From Planctomycetota bacterium (GTDB taxonomy: Bacteria > Planctomycetota > MHYJ01 > WSZJ01), in the NCBI GenBank assembly GCA_038060895.1, contig JBBTCT010000022.1:320001-384000 (forward strand): a stretch of DNA of 64,000 nt, in the 5' to 3' direction. Under the pieces are notes generated by a model. That model was not told where the DNA came from, made no database searches, and worked only from the letters and a program-made list of their open reading frames with translations. Each line of letters opens with the position of its first letter. Within the stretch, counting starts at the first letter, position 1. Shown in pieces: positions 1-11,709 of the stretch. Made by a program: the position numbers and the translations under genes.

Positions 1-75
1 GGCAACGCGATGGTGCGCTCGGAATATGAGGTGGAAGTCACGGGCATGGAGATCGTGGAGCCGAAGACAGAGTAA
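1..75 (+). CDS. 3' end of a CDS running in from the left edge (…GNAMVRSEYEVEVTGMEIVEPKTE*)
   Basis: Frame 1 is open to TAA at 73-75, with GC3-rich codons, converging on acs. Confidence 0.5.
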   Translation, partial: GNAMVRSEYEVEVTGMEIVEPKTE

Positions 76-86
76 CGCGGCCGGCG

Positions 87-2030
<1,944 letters not shown>

Positions 2031-2094
2031 GGAGGGCTCCTGGGGATTGGGAGTGCGTTGGCGCATTCGGAAGGCGGACGGTCTTCGTCAAAGG

Positions 2095-2219
2095 ACAACT
2101 TCAAGACCGCGAACTTTCAAGCAATCGACAACTCCAAATGGCAATCACCGGCCTCTTCCCCGGATGGCGTTGCCCTTTGAAGTTGGCGTTTGCTTGAAAG
2201 TTCGCGGTCTTGAAGTTGT
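2095..2219. repeat. long inverted repeat (30-bp perfect arms, ~50 bp imperfect)
   Basis: ACAACTTCAAGACCGCGAACTTTCAAGCAA (2095-2124) is the exact reverse complement of 2190-2219. Confidence 0.9.
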
Positions 2220-2254
2220 TGTTCCCGGCGCGACAGCGCCGGCATCATGCCCGC

Positions 2255-3118
2255 ATGAAACCGTCACCGCCCAACATCGGCGCTCACATGTCCATCGCGG
2301 GCGGCCTGCATCTGGCGCTCGATCGCGGCGCGGAAGTCGGCTGCCGCTCCATCGCGATGTTCTGCAAGTCGTCGAACCAGTGGCGCGCGGCTGCGCTTCC
2401 CGATGACGAGATCGAGCTGTTCCGCAGAAAGCGCCGCGAGATGAAAGTGCCGCACGTCGTTGCGCACGCCTCCTACCTGGTAAACCTGGCTTCGCCGGTG
2501 CCCGCACTTCTTGAAAAATCGCGCGCCGCGTTCCGCGTCGAGATGGAGCGGTGCGAAGCGGTCGGCGCGGACTACCTTGTCTTTCATCCCGGCGCGCACA
2601 TGGGGGCGGGCGAGGAAGCGGGACTCGCGACGCTCGCCGCTTCCCTCGACCGGATGCACCAGGAGTGCGCCGGCTTCAGGCTCAAGGTTCTTCCCGAGAT
2701 CACCGCCGGCGCCGGGACGCTTCTCGGGTCCCGCTTCGAGCACCTCGCCGGCATTCTCACGCGGGTCCGCGAGCCGGAACGCCTCGGATTCTGCCTCGAC
2801 ACGTGCCATCTCTTCGCCGCGGGATACGACATCCGCACGCCCGCCGGCTGGCGTGCCGTGACGGACGAGCTGGAGGGGACGGTTGGCACGAAGCGCGTGC
2901 TGGCGTGGCACGTCAACGACTCGAAGGGTGATCTTGGGTCGAAGAAGGACAGGCACGAGAATCTCGGCCGCGGGAAGATCGGAAAGGAAGCCTTCCGGTG
3001 CCTGATGAACGACAAGCGGTTTGCGGCTGCGCCGAAGTTGCTCGAGACGCCGAAAGAGGACGGGATGGACGCAAAGAATCTCGCGCTGCTTCGACGGCTG
3101 GCGAAACCGGCTCGCTAG
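2255..3118 (+). CDS. nfo: endonuclease IV (AP endonuclease 2)
   Basis: GAHMSIAGG, HASYLVNL, CLDTCHLFAAGYD, HVNDSK, DRHENLG and LETPK motifs. Confidence 0.95.
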   Translation: MKPSPPNIGAHMSIAGGLHLALDRGAEVGCRSIAMFCKSSNQWRAAALPDDEIELFRRKRREMKVPHVVAHASYLVNLASPVPALLEKSRAAFRVEMERCEAVGADYLVFHPGAHMGAGEEAGLATLAASLDRMHQECAGFRLKVLPEITAGAGTLLGSRFEHLAGILTRVREPERLGFCLDTCHLFAAGYDIRTPAGWRAVTDELEGTVGTKRVLAWHVNDSKGDLGSKKDRHENLGRGKIGKEAFRCLMNDKRFAAAPKLLETPKEDGMDAKNLALLRRLAKPAR

Positions 3119-4074
3119 ACACCCTTTCCCAGGATGTCCCTGACCCGGTTCCAGTCGCGCGTCAGCCACGGGTTCGGGGTCATGACCATGCTCACGCGGT
3201 CCAGCAGTTCAAAGGTCTCCGCGTCCACCTTGACCCAGTTTCCGTCCCCGCCCGCGTTCAGCGTCGGAACGCCCGCATGGCACACCCGGCTGGTTTCCAG
3301 GAATTTGCCCTTTGTCTTCGCGCGCATCAGACCCAGCGGCTCTTCGATGGCGCTCCGCGGAAGCAGTTTGCCGCGCCGGTGAGCCCAGACCGCGAGGAAG
3401 TAGAGGCCGCGCAGCAGGTCGTACCAGTAGAACCGCGGAAATCCGAGTTCGAGCCAGTCCTCGTTGATCACGCCGCCGGTGTCGATCGCCCGGTACAGGC
3501 GGTGGTCCAGCAAGTAGCGGGCGCCGTTGTCGAGGAAGCGCTCTTCTTCGGGTGTCCAGGGGCGCTTCGTGCAGAAGAGCACCGCTTCCAGCGGCGGCAG
3601 CGTGGAGACGACGGAGCTTTTCGGGGTCTCCCTGGTGTACACGCGCTCATCGCAATTGAGGCCGCCGTCGGGGAGCTGGTACTTGAGGAACCACGGGCGG
3701 ATCCACGGCAGGGCGGCATCGACCTCGACGTTGCAGGCGTGGAGAAGCTGGTAGAGGCATCCGAGCGCGCAGTGGCACGGGATGTGGCGCATCGGGTCCG
3801 CGCCCTTGGGGACTTCTGATTCGCGAATCGGGAAAATCTGCACAAAGTGGCGGGAAACCACTTCGGCAAGCTTGTCCACGGCGACGCGCGGGATGCGCTC
3901 TGCGAGCCCCATCTCGAAAAGAAGGAGCATGCGCCACCAGGGCGTGTCCCACTTCGGCCAGTACGGGTCCCGCTCGAGGCTCGCCATGGCTTCGGGGGAC
4001 GCGAGGTACTCCACCGTCGATTGGACGGCTGACTCCAGGCTGGGGTCGAGCGGCTGCAACAGGACTCCCGTCAA
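3115..4074 (-). CDS. hypothetical protein, prenyltransferase/squalene-oxidase-repeat (alpha/alpha toroid)-like
   Basis: QLPDGGLNC QW-like repeat; FPRFYWYDLLRGL. Confidence 0.6.
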   Translation of the reverse strand: MTGVLLQPLDPSLESAVQSTVEYLASPEAMASLERDPYWPKWDTPWWRMLLLFEMGLAERIPRVAVDKLAEVVSRHFVQIFPIRESEVPKGADPMRHIPCHCALGCLYQLLHACNVEVDAALPWIRPWFLKYQLPDGGLNCDERVYTRETPKSSVVSTLPPLEAVLFCTKRPWTPEEERFLDNGARYLLDHRLYRAIDTGGVINEDWLELGFPRFYWYDLLRGLYFLAVWAHRRGKLLPRSAIEEPLGLMRAKTKGKFLETSRVCHAGVPTLNAGGDGNWVKVDAETFELLDRVSMVMTPNPWLTRDWNRVRDILGKGV

Positions 4075-4135
4075 AGGGAAGGGCGAAAGGAACTCGTGGA
4101 CAGTTTTACCAGATTCGAGGCGCGGCAGGCCCGCA

Positions 4136-4831
4136 CTAGAACTTCGGGGCGCCCACGTGGAAGGTGAAGTCCCTCCCCATCCACGAGATCACATCGCCTT
4201 CCTTGAGCACGTGGTCCGTGAAGGGCTGCCTGTTGACCTTCGCCGGTTTCCATTTCCCCAGGTTGTAGATGATGAACGACGTCGTGTCGCGCAGGAGGAG
4301 AACGTGGCGGGGAAGGACCCCGAATCCTGCGCCACGGAAGTCGCAGGTCTTTTCGGTCCCCATCCAGGTCGCGGTCTTCATGACCGTCATCGTCTCGATC
4401 TTGCCGTCGGGGCGCGGAAACGTGATGTACCCGGCCAGCGCGCTCGACCGTTCCTTGGCGATCTTCTCCATCGCCCGCTGGTCGACGAGGATCGTGCCCT
4501 CGATGTTGTTGTGATCCGTCGCCTTCGCCGGCCGGACGCCTTCCGACTGCTGCGGTTCGCGGAAGAGGCACGAGAACTTGCCCATCCAGAACTCGTCGCC
4601 GTCGTTCAGGTTGTACTGCGCGATGCGGGCGCCCCGCACGTACGTCCCGTTTTCGCTGAGGTCGATGAGAATCCAGACGCCGCCCGAGCGGAAGAGCTGG
4701 GTGTGCTTGCGGGAAATGCCGACGTTTTCGATGACGACGTCGCAGGCCTTGTCCCGGCCGATGACGACCTCTTCCTTGTCGAACTTGTAGTGCTTCAGCA
4801 CCTTGCGGTCGATCATGAGCGTCAGTTCCAC
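4136..4831 (-). CDS. tandem FHA-domain protein
   Basis: IGRDKACDVVI…ISRKH…DLSENGTYV FHA signature plus a second degenerate FHA; GTG start after GGGAGG. Confidence 0.85.
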   Translation of the reverse strand: MELTLMIDRKVLKHYKFDKEEVVIGRDKACDVVIENVGISRKHTQLFRSGGVWILIDLSENGTYVRGARIAQYNLNDGDEFWMGKFSCLFREPQQSEGVRPAKATDHNNIEGTILVDQRAMEKIAKERSSALAGYITFPRPDGKIETMTVMKTATWMGTEKTCDFRGAGFGVLPRHVLLLRDTTSFIIYNLGKWKPAKVNRQPFTDHVLKEGDVISWMGRDFTFHVGAPKF

Positions 4832-4832
4832 T

Positions 4833-5666
4833 TCAGGCCTCCCTTCCGTCGGGCTCGACGAATCGGATGTCAGGGGGCGACGAAAGCACACCGGCACGGG
4901 CGCCGTCGGCCAGCAGCCGGCGAATGGCTTCCCTTCCGACAGGGCCGAAATCGACGGTCCATCGGTTGACGTACATGGAGACGAAGCGGTCGGCCTTATC
5001 GCGGGCGAGGCCCCGGGCGTAGGTGAGCGCGTGGTCGAGGGCGGCTCCGCGGTGCGCAAGGCCGTGCTCGATGGACGCGCGAAGATCCTTCGCAATTCTT
5101 GCGAGTGTCGCCGGGCCCAGCGACCTGCGGACGGCATTCCCCCCGAGCGGAAGCGGCAGCCCGGTCTTCTCCATCCACCAGGCGCCGAGATCGACGACAA
5201 GCTCGAGCCCCTTCTCCGAATAGGTCAGCTGTCCTTCATGAATGACAAGCGCCGCGTCGGCCGCGCCTTCCATCACGCGGTCCACGACCTGGTCGAAGGG
5301 CGTCACGACCGCCTCGAACTCCGGCAGCCAGAGGCGCGCCGCGAGATACGCGGTGGTGCGCAGACCGGGGACGGCGATTCGCTTACCGCGCAGGTCGCCC
5401 TTTTTCTTCGCGACGACCGTGGGGCCGTAGCCGTCGCCGAAAGAGGCTCCGGTTGTGAGGAGCGCGTACTTGCCCGCGATGGACGCGTACCCGTGAAACG
5501 AGACCGCGGTCACGTCGTACGTCTCCTTCTCCGCTTCCCGGTTCAGGGTCTCGATGTCCGACAGCACATGCCGGTAGGCGAGGGCGCCTGGGACGGCGCC
5601 GGTCGCGAGCGCGTGGAACATGAACGCGTCGTCGGAGTCGGGGGAGTGGGCAAGCGTGAGGGTCAT
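4833..5666 (-). CDS. mqnD: 1,4-dihydroxy-6-naphthoate synthase (futalosine menaquinone pathway)
   Basis: LAHSPDSDDAFMF, DIETLN, IHEGQLTY, LPLPLGG and MYVN motifs. Confidence 0.9.
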   Translation of the reverse strand: MTLTLAHSPDSDDAFMFHALATGAVPGALAYRHVLSDIETLNREAEKETYDVTAVSFHGYASIAGKYALLTTGASFGDGYGPTVVAKKKGDLRGKRIAVPGLRTTAYLAARLWLPEFEAVVTPFDQVVDRVMEGAADAALVIHEGQLTYSEKGLELVVDLGAWWMEKTGLPLPLGGNAVRRSLGPATLARIAKDLRASIEHGLAHRGAALDHALTYARGLARDKADRFVSMYVNRWTVDFGPVGREAIRRLLADGARAGVLSSPPDIRFVEPDGREA

Positions 5667-5725
5667 CGGAGCGGAATCATAGGGAGGGAGGGAGGGCGGG
5701 TCAACCGGGGGAGTGCCGGCCTTCG

Positions 5726-7264
5726 CTATTTCGCCTGGAGCAGCTCGCAACGGCCCTGCTGGGGTTTCCCGAGGGCCCAGGTGAGCGTTCCCTGCCCGGA
5801 AGCGAGGTCCAGGTCGAGCACCGCGTCGGGATTCTGCAGCTCGACGTGAATTCGAGTCGGCTGGCCGCCCTTGAGGTCGATCCGGTTCACGGAGACGCGC
5901 GGCAGCGGAAAGGTGTTGATTCCGTCGAACACGAGAACCGTGCCGACGGCCTCGCCGGCGACGAATTCATGCACCGTGTCCTGCCAGGTGTTCTCACAGC
6001 TGCGGGTCGCGCGTGACTCCAGCTTCACGGAGCGGACCTCCAAACCCGAGATATCTCCCGGGGAAGACAAGGAAATCGCGACGATGTCCTCGAGCAGGCG
6101 AGCGGGAGCAGGAGGCGCCGCTTCGTCCCTCGCGAAATTCCCCACGACGCAGGGGCGCTGCACTTCCAGCCGAGGCCGCGCGGCGCTCGAGCGGACACGC
6201 GCGGGCCGAGAAGGCGCGACCGCGGAGGATTTTGAGAACGGTCCCAGTCCGAGAACCTTGGCTGCGATGAGGCCGACTGCTGCCACTGCCGCGACGAGAA
6301 ACAGCCAGGGGAGGATCGCAGAGCGGGGCTTCGCTTCCTGGAGCATCCGCTGGGTCCCCGGAGTTGCATCGAGCATCTGCCCTGGCGCCGGCGACCGGGG
6401 TACCGCCTTCATAGGCTGGTGCGGAGTCTCCAGGTCAAGACGAGGCGCCGGCGTCGAGTCCGGCGCGAAGACCTTGAGCGTCGCTTCCAGCGCCGTGACG
6501 AAGGCGCTGGCGGTGGGGAAGCGCTCCTCCGGGTTTTCATGAAAGGCGCGTTCGAGGACGGCGTCGGCTGCGCGAGGGACGCGGTGGGAAATGGTGCTTG
6601 CCGGCTTGTAGCCGGTGAAGGGAGTGCGGTTCGTGAATATCTCGTAGGCGACGATGCCGAGGGAGTACACGTCCGAGCGGCGGTCGATCACCCCGCCTTC
6701 CGTGAATTGTTCCGGCGCCGAGTAGATGACGGTGCCACCGAGCGCGGAGCTGTCTTTCGAGACGGGGTCCTTGCGTCCGATCTGCGCGATGCCGAAGTCG
6801 CCCAGGCGGACGATCGACTTGTCGAGGATGAAGTTGTCCGGCTTGATGTCGCGGTGAACGACGCCGCGGTCGTGCGCGTGGTCCAGGCCCGCCGCGGCCT
6901 GCCTCAGAATTGAGAGCGCCTCGTCGCGCTCCGGCTGGCCCCATTTGAGCCGTTCCCGCAGCGTCGGCCCCGAAACGAATTCCATCACGATGTAGTGCGA
7001 GGATCCGTGGACGCCCGAAGCCAGCCCCCGGATGAGATTCGGGTGGTCGAGCTTCGTCACGATCGCCGCTTCCGCCCGGAACATGTTCACCATGTCCGGG
7101 TTTTTCGCCAGGTCGCTGCGAAGGAACTTGATGGCGACGTGGCGGTCCGTCGGGATCTCGGTCCCCTCGTAGATCGTGGCCATGCCGCCGCGGGCGCGCA
7201 TCGCACCGAGGCGGAAGCGCTCGTGGATCAGGATGCCACGGGGGAGAGTTTCAGATTCCCTCAC
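5726..7264 (-). CDS. membrane-anchored Ser/Thr protein kinase
   Basis: VAIK, HRDIKPDN, DFG, APE and DVYSLG motifs followed by a TM helix. Confidence 0.92.
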   Translation of the reverse strand: MRESETLPRGILIHERFRLGAMRARGGMATIYEGTEIPTDRHVAIKFLRSDLAKNPDMVNMFRAEAAIVTKLDHPNLIRGLASGVHGSSHYIVMEFVSGPTLRERLKWGQPERDEALSILRQAAAGLDHAHDRGVVHRDIKPDNFILDKSIVRLGDFGIAQIGRKDPVSKDSSALGGTVIYSAPEQFTEGGVIDRRSDVYSLGIVAYEIFTNRTPFTGYKPASTISHRVPRAADAVLERAFHENPEERFPTASAFVTALEATLKVFAPDSTPAPRLDLETPHQPMKAVPRSPAPGQMLDATPGTQRMLQEAKPRSAILPWLFLVAAVAAVGLIAAKVLGLGPFSKSSAVAPSRPARVRSSAARPRLEVQRPCVVGNFARDEAAPPAPARLLEDIVAISLSSPGDISGLEVRSVKLESRATRSCENTWQDTVHEFVAGEAVGTVLVFDGINTFPLPRVSVNRIDLKGGQPTRIHVELQNPDAVLDLDLASGQGTLTWALGKPQQGRCELLQAK

Positions 7265-7468
7265 GGCAGGAAGGATAGCACCGTGGGGCCAGCGAAGCGA
7301 AGCGGAGGGAGGCAGGCGGGGGGGCCTGGAAATGCAAAATCAAAGAATCCGCTTTGCACCCCTGCGGCGTAGGTTAACGTGGCGCCCTGCGAAGAGCCCG
7401 TTGGGGGGGTGGAGCGGTTCCACCGCCGCGCACGGCTCAGGGGAAACGAACTGGCGGAGGTGAACGCG

Positions 7469-7834
7469 ATGGACATGAATCGGCGGGACTTCAGCAAGAT
7501 GGTGATCGCGGCAGTCGGCGGAATCGTTGCGGGCGGCGGTATGCTCGGCTGCAGCGGCGACGGCGAGAAGGACGGCGGGAAGAAAGACCACATGTGCGCC
7601 GGAAAGAACGAGTGCAAGGGCCAGGGCGGCTGCAAGGTGAACAATGCGAATTGCGCCGGCAAGAACGAGTGCAAGGGCAAGGGCGGTTGCGCTTCGGCCG
7701 CGATGAAGCACGACTGCAAGGGCAAGAACGCGTGCAAGGGCCAGGGCGGCTGCAAGGTTGAGGGCGCGAACAAGTGCTCCGGCATGAACGAGTGCAAGGG
7801 CAAGGGCGGCTGCAAGGTTCCGGGCAAGCACTAA
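7469..7834 (+). CDS. Cys-rich MNIO precursor (BufA2/bufferin-like), Tat lipoprotein with 4 repeats
   Basis: GGAGGTG RBS; NRRDF twin-Arg and MLGC lipobox; 4x CxGxNxCKGxGGC; directly upstream of DUF692. Confidence 0.85.
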   Translation: MDMNRRDFSKMVIAAVGGIVAGGGMLGCSGDGEKDGGKKDHMCAGKNECKGQGGCKVNNANCAGKNECKGKGGCASAAMKHDCKGKNACKGQGGCKVEGANKCSGMNECKGKGGCKVPGKH

Positions 7835-7841
7835 GCATTCG

Positions 7842-7880
7842 GGGCCCGGCGGGCAGCAAACCCGCCGGGCCCTTTTTATT
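7842..7880 (+). terminator. intrinsic terminator between precursor and DUF692 gene
   Basis: GGGCCCGGCGGG-CAGCAAA-CCCGCCGGGCCC-TTTTTATT. Confidence 0.8.
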
Positions 7881-7899
7881 CGGCCCGACGCTGGGAGGT

Positions 7900-8763
7900 A
7901 TGCGTGTGATCGTCCCGAACAAGTGGGGATTCCCGGATCTCGGCCTGGGCGTCGGGCTGAGGACGGTGCATTACGACCACATTCTCAAGAAACGGCCGCG
8001 GGTTGACTGGTTCGAGGTCCTGTCCGAGAACTACATGGACACGGACGGGCGGCCGATGCGGATCCTGGAGCAGGTCGCCGCGAGATACCCGGTGGCGCTC
8101 CACGGCGTTTCGCTATCGATCGGCAGCACGGATCCGCTGGACTTCGAGTACCTGAAGAAGCTGAAGCGCCTCGCGGAGAAAGTACAGGCGCAGTGGCTGG
8201 GCGACCACGTCTGCTGGACCGGCGTGGCGGGGCGCAACGGGCACGATCTCCTGCCGGTTCCGCTGAACGAGGAGACGCTGAAGCACATCGTGAAGCGGAT
8301 TCGCACGGTGCAGGACTTCCTCGAACGGCCGCTCATCCTCGAAAACGCTTCGACGTACGTGACTTTCGCCAACAGCACCATGCCGGAGCAGGAGTTCATA
8401 GCCCGGATGTCGGAGGATGCGGACTGCGGGCTGCTCCTGGACGTGAACAACGTGTACGTGAGCTGCCGCAACCACGACTGGGACCCGTGGGCGTACCTCG
8501 AAGGGATTCCCTACCACCGCGTGACGCAGATTCACCTCGCGGGGCACACCGACAACGGGACTCACTGCATCGACACGCACAATGCGCGCGTCGTCGACGA
8601 GGTGTGGAAGTACTACGCCGAGGTTCACAGGCGCACCGGAGGACGGGCGACGCTTCTGGAATGGGACGCGGACATCCCGTCGTTCCCCGAAGTGCACGCC
8701 GAGGTTCTGAAAGCGAAGAAGTTCCGTCGCGAGGCGATGAAGCGTGAGCGCGCGGCGCGGTAG
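7900..8763 (+). CDS. DUF692 multinuclear non-heme iron oxidase (MNIO, BufB-like)
   Basis: GVGLR, WFEVLSENY, HGVSLSIGS, LLDVNNVYV, IHLAGH, IDTH and LLEWD motifs; GGGAGG RBS. Confidence 0.95.
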   Translation: MRVIVPNKWGFPDLGLGVGLRTVHYDHILKKRPRVDWFEVLSENYMDTDGRPMRILEQVAARYPVALHGVSLSIGSTDPLDFEYLKKLKRLAEKVQAQWLGDHVCWTGVAGRNGHDLLPVPLNEETLKHIVKRIRTVQDFLERPLILENASTYVTFANSTMPEQEFIARMSEDADCGLLLDVNNVYVSCRNHDWDPWAYLEGIPYHRVTQIHLAGHTDNGTHCIDTHNARVVDEVWKYYAEVHRRTGGRATLLEWDADIPSFPEVHAEVLKAKKFRREAMKRERAAR

Positions 8764-9748
8764 CGGCGACGAAGGCCGGAAAGTCCGGGGTTCAGCGCCG
8801 CGGCGCGGCCGCGGATCGGAGGCTGCGCCGGGGCGCATCGAAGGACTGGTCTTCGCCGGCCATCCCGGGGGGCTTCCGAGGGTCCAGGCGAGCCGGCCGC
8901 GCGCCCCGCTGCGCGCCGGCCTGGACGCCGTCGAGAACTGGATGCAGGCCGTGATCACGGACCCGGGCGGCGTCGCCGCAGGAGAGCGTTCGACGGAAGC
9001 ACGGCGGCACATTGACCGCGGCGCCGGGACCATCGAGCAGGTCATCCTCCCATCGCGTCAGCAGTCCTCGCGAGAGCGTCTCCAGGTTTATGCGAACGCC
9101 TACTACTGGCGCCTCATCGATATCCTCGCCGAGGAGTACCCGGTCGTCCGACACGCGACTGGGCCACGTCGGTTCTCGCGCCTCGCCGTCGAATACCTGC
9201 AGACGCATCCTTCGCGCAGCTACTCCCTCAACTTCCTCAGCATTGCGTTCCCGGCGTTCCTTCGAAGCGGGGCGAAGCAACTTCCGCGGCGTGACTTTCT
9301 CGCGGACGTCGCAACGGTTGAGCGGACCATGGAAGACGTCTTTGACGCGCCGGACGTCAAACCGATCACGCCAAAGGCGTGGAGGAAAATCCCGATGTCG
9401 GCCTGGATGTCGAAGAGGCTGAAGATGACGCCGGCGATGCGGCTGCTCGAGCTCGGATACCCGGTGAACGGGTACCTCTCCGACGTGAGAGAAGGAAAGA
9501 ACGTGAAGCCGCCGCCGAAGGAGAAGCAGCGGATTATCATTTTCCGCCGGAACTACTCGGTGTGGCGAGCGCCGCTCACGCCGATCCGCTTCAAGCTCCT
9601 CTCCCTGCTCCAGTCCGGATCAACGTTGCCTGAGGCCTTCGGCGCGTGCGCCGCGCTGAAGGGCTTCGACGCGGAGAAGTTCACAGGAGCTCTGAAAGGG
9701 TGGTTTCGAGGATGGGCATCCGACGGACTTTTTTGCGGAGTGGATTGA
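8744..9748 (+). CDS. DUF2063-family MNIO partner protein (BufC-like)
   Basis: RLQVYANAYYWRLIDILAEEYP and HPSRSYSL motifs; position after DUF692; start uncertain. Confidence 0.85.
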   Translation: MSARRGSGDEGRKVRGSAPRRGRGSEAAPGRIEGLVFAGHPGGLPRVQASRPRAPLRAGLDAVENWMQAVITDPGGVAAGERSTEARRHIDRGAGTIEQVILPSRQQSSRERLQVYANAYYWRLIDILAEEYPVVRHATGPRRFSRLAVEYLQTHPSRSYSLNFLSIAFPAFLRSGAKQLPRRDFLADVATVERTMEDVFDAPDVKPITPKAWRKIPMSAWMSKRLKMTPAMRLLELGYPVNGYLSDVREGKNVKPPPKEKQRIIIFRRNYSVWRAPLTPIRFKLLSLLQSGSTLPEAFGACAALKGFDAEKFTGALKGWFRGWASDGLFCGVD

Positions 9749-9779
9749 TCCAGGGGCTTCGACGAAGCGTATCTATCTC

Positions 9780-11534
9780 ATGAAGACACTCCTCCTCGCG
9801 CTGACTCTCCTGACGCTCGCTGGCTGCGCTTCGAGCGAAAAACCGTCTCCCGCTCCAACCGAGGTCGCGTGGCAACCGTGGTCGGACGCCGCGTTCGAGC
9901 GAGCGAAGCGAGAAGGCAAACTCGTGCTCCTCGATCTGGGCGCTGTCTGGTGCCACTGGTGTCACGTGATGGATCGCGAGACGTACGGCGACCCCGGGGT
10001 TGCGAACTACATGGGCGAGCACTTCGTCGCGATTCACGTAAACCAGGACGAGCGCCCGGACCTCGCGAACCGCTACGAATACTATGGATGGCCTGCCACG
10101 ATCCTTTTCGCTGCGGACGGCACGGAGCTTGGAAAGTTCCGGGGTTTCATGCCGCCGAAGCGGCTGCTCGCTGTGTTGCAGGCGTTCGTGGCGGACCCGA
10201 CGCCTGGGCCGTCGGCGCTGGAACGCGAGCCGGACGTTGCCGCGGCGCCCGCGACGTTCGCGAAGGAACTCGACGACGCGCTTCATGATAAATGGGCGGC
10301 CGCCTACGACCACAAAGCGCAGGGCTGGGGCACGGTCCACAAGTACCTCGACCCCGACTGCGTCGAACTTGCGATTGCCGAGGGGCGTGACGACATGGCG
10401 CGCGGGACGCTGGATGCCATGCTCCAGCTGATCGACCCGGTCTGGGGCGGCGTCTACCAGTACTCTGACGGCGGCGTCTGGACCAACCCGCACTTCGAGA
10501 AAATCATGTCGTTCCAGGCGGAGGACATGCGGATTTTCGCGCTGGCGTACCGGGTCTATGGCGAAGAGAAGTACCTGGTGGCTGCACGAGACATCGAGCG
10601 ATACCTGCTCACGTTCCTGAAGTCGCCGGAGGGCGCGTTTTACGCGAGCCAGGACGCCGACCTGGTGCAGGGCGAACACGGTGGCGACTACTTTTCGCTC
10701 GGCGATTCGCAGCGGCGGGCGAAGGGAGTGCCCCGAGTTGACACGCGCGTCTACGCCCGGGAAAACGGATGGGCGGTCGTTGGGCTGGCGAGCCTTTACC
10801 GGGTCACGGGTGACCTCTCGACCCTGGAAGCGGCGATTCGAGCCGCGGAATGGACGCTGGCCCACCGCGGCACGGCAGAAGGCGGTTTCCGCCACGGCGA
10901 GTTCGATTCCGGCGGACCGTTTCTCGCCGACACCCTCGCCATGGGGCGCGCCTTTTTCGAACTGGGCCAGGTGACCCAGGACGCAAAGTGGCTCGAACGA
11001 AGCGAGGCGGCCGTGCGCTTCATGGAGCAAAACTTCGGGAGCCGTTCCGGCGAACGCGCCGGCTATGCGACTGCCGTTGCCGCACGTTCCAGCGGAAAGC
11101 CGTGGGAGCCCACGCCCCAGGTTGACGAGAACATCGCCTTCGCGAGGCTGTCCCTCCGGTTGTGGGGGACCGGCCGCCTGGACTTGCGAGACTCCGCGGA
11201 CCACGCCCTGAAGTACCTGGCCGGGGTTGCCGGTGACGCGAGCGGAGTCCGGGCCGCGGGGATTCTCCTGGCCTCGCGAGAACGGGCAGGGGAGGCCCAG
11301 TCCATCGAGGTCGTGGGCGAACTCGCCGACGAGCGAACGACCGCCTTGTTGCGCGCGGCGCTCTCGGCGCCCGTCGGGTACTCCCTGGTCCGCCTGCTCG
11401 GTCGCGCCAATACCGAATACCCCATGGACAACGGAACCCCCACCGCCTACGTGTGTACCGTTTCGGCCTGCAAGGGTCCCTTCCACGACCCCGTCGCCCT
11501 CCGAAAGGCCGCCGCCACCCCTCGCCGGCGCTGA
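9780..11534 (+). CDS. DUF255/YyaL (SSP411-like) thioredoxin-domain lipoprotein
   Basis: LAGC lipobox; WCHWCHVMDRET, ERPDL, GWPAT, PHFEK and AYVC motifs. Confidence 0.9.
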   Translation: MKTLLLALTLLTLAGCASSEKPSPAPTEVAWQPWSDAAFERAKREGKLVLLDLGAVWCHWCHVMDRETYGDPGVANYMGEHFVAIHVNQDERPDLANRYEYYGWPATILFAADGTELGKFRGFMPPKRLLAVLQAFVADPTPGPSALEREPDVAAAPATFAKELDDALHDKWAAAYDHKAQGWGTVHKYLDPDCVELAIAEGRDDMARGTLDAMLQLIDPVWGGVYQYSDGGVWTNPHFEKIMSFQAEDMRIFALAYRVYGEEKYLVAARDIERYLLTFLKSPEGAFYASQDADLVQGEHGGDYFSLGDSQRRAKGVPRVDTRVYARENGWAVVGLASLYRVTGDLSTLEAAIRAAEWTLAHRGTAEGGFRHGEFDSGGPFLADTLAMGRAFFELGQVTQDAKWLERSEAAVRFMEQNFGSRSGERAGYATAVAARSSGKPWEPTPQVDENIAFARLSLRLWGTGRLDLRDSADHALKYLAGVAGDASGVRAAGILLASRERAGEAQSIEVVGELADERTTALLRAALSAPVGYSLVRLLGRANTEYPMDNGTPTAYVCTVSACKGPFHDPVALRKAAATPRRR

Positions 11535-11709
11535 CTTCAGCCGCAGGCCGATCCGATCCGATATAGTGGGCTCACGCGCCGGGAATTTTGGGCCCCCACG
11601 GTCCGTTCGGGTTCCCGTCGCACCTCTCCCGGTTCCGGACTCGCGGTCCTCACGGCCGCCGGATCGGCCCCCCGTTGCGGGCCAAGGTATCTCTAGGGGA
11701 CGTCAAAAC

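Noticed and set aside
7261-7831. repeat-rich minus-strand ORFs (LQPPLPLHSF…)
   Set aside because: Antisense readout of the Cys-repeat precursor, which has the RBS, signal peptide and operon context
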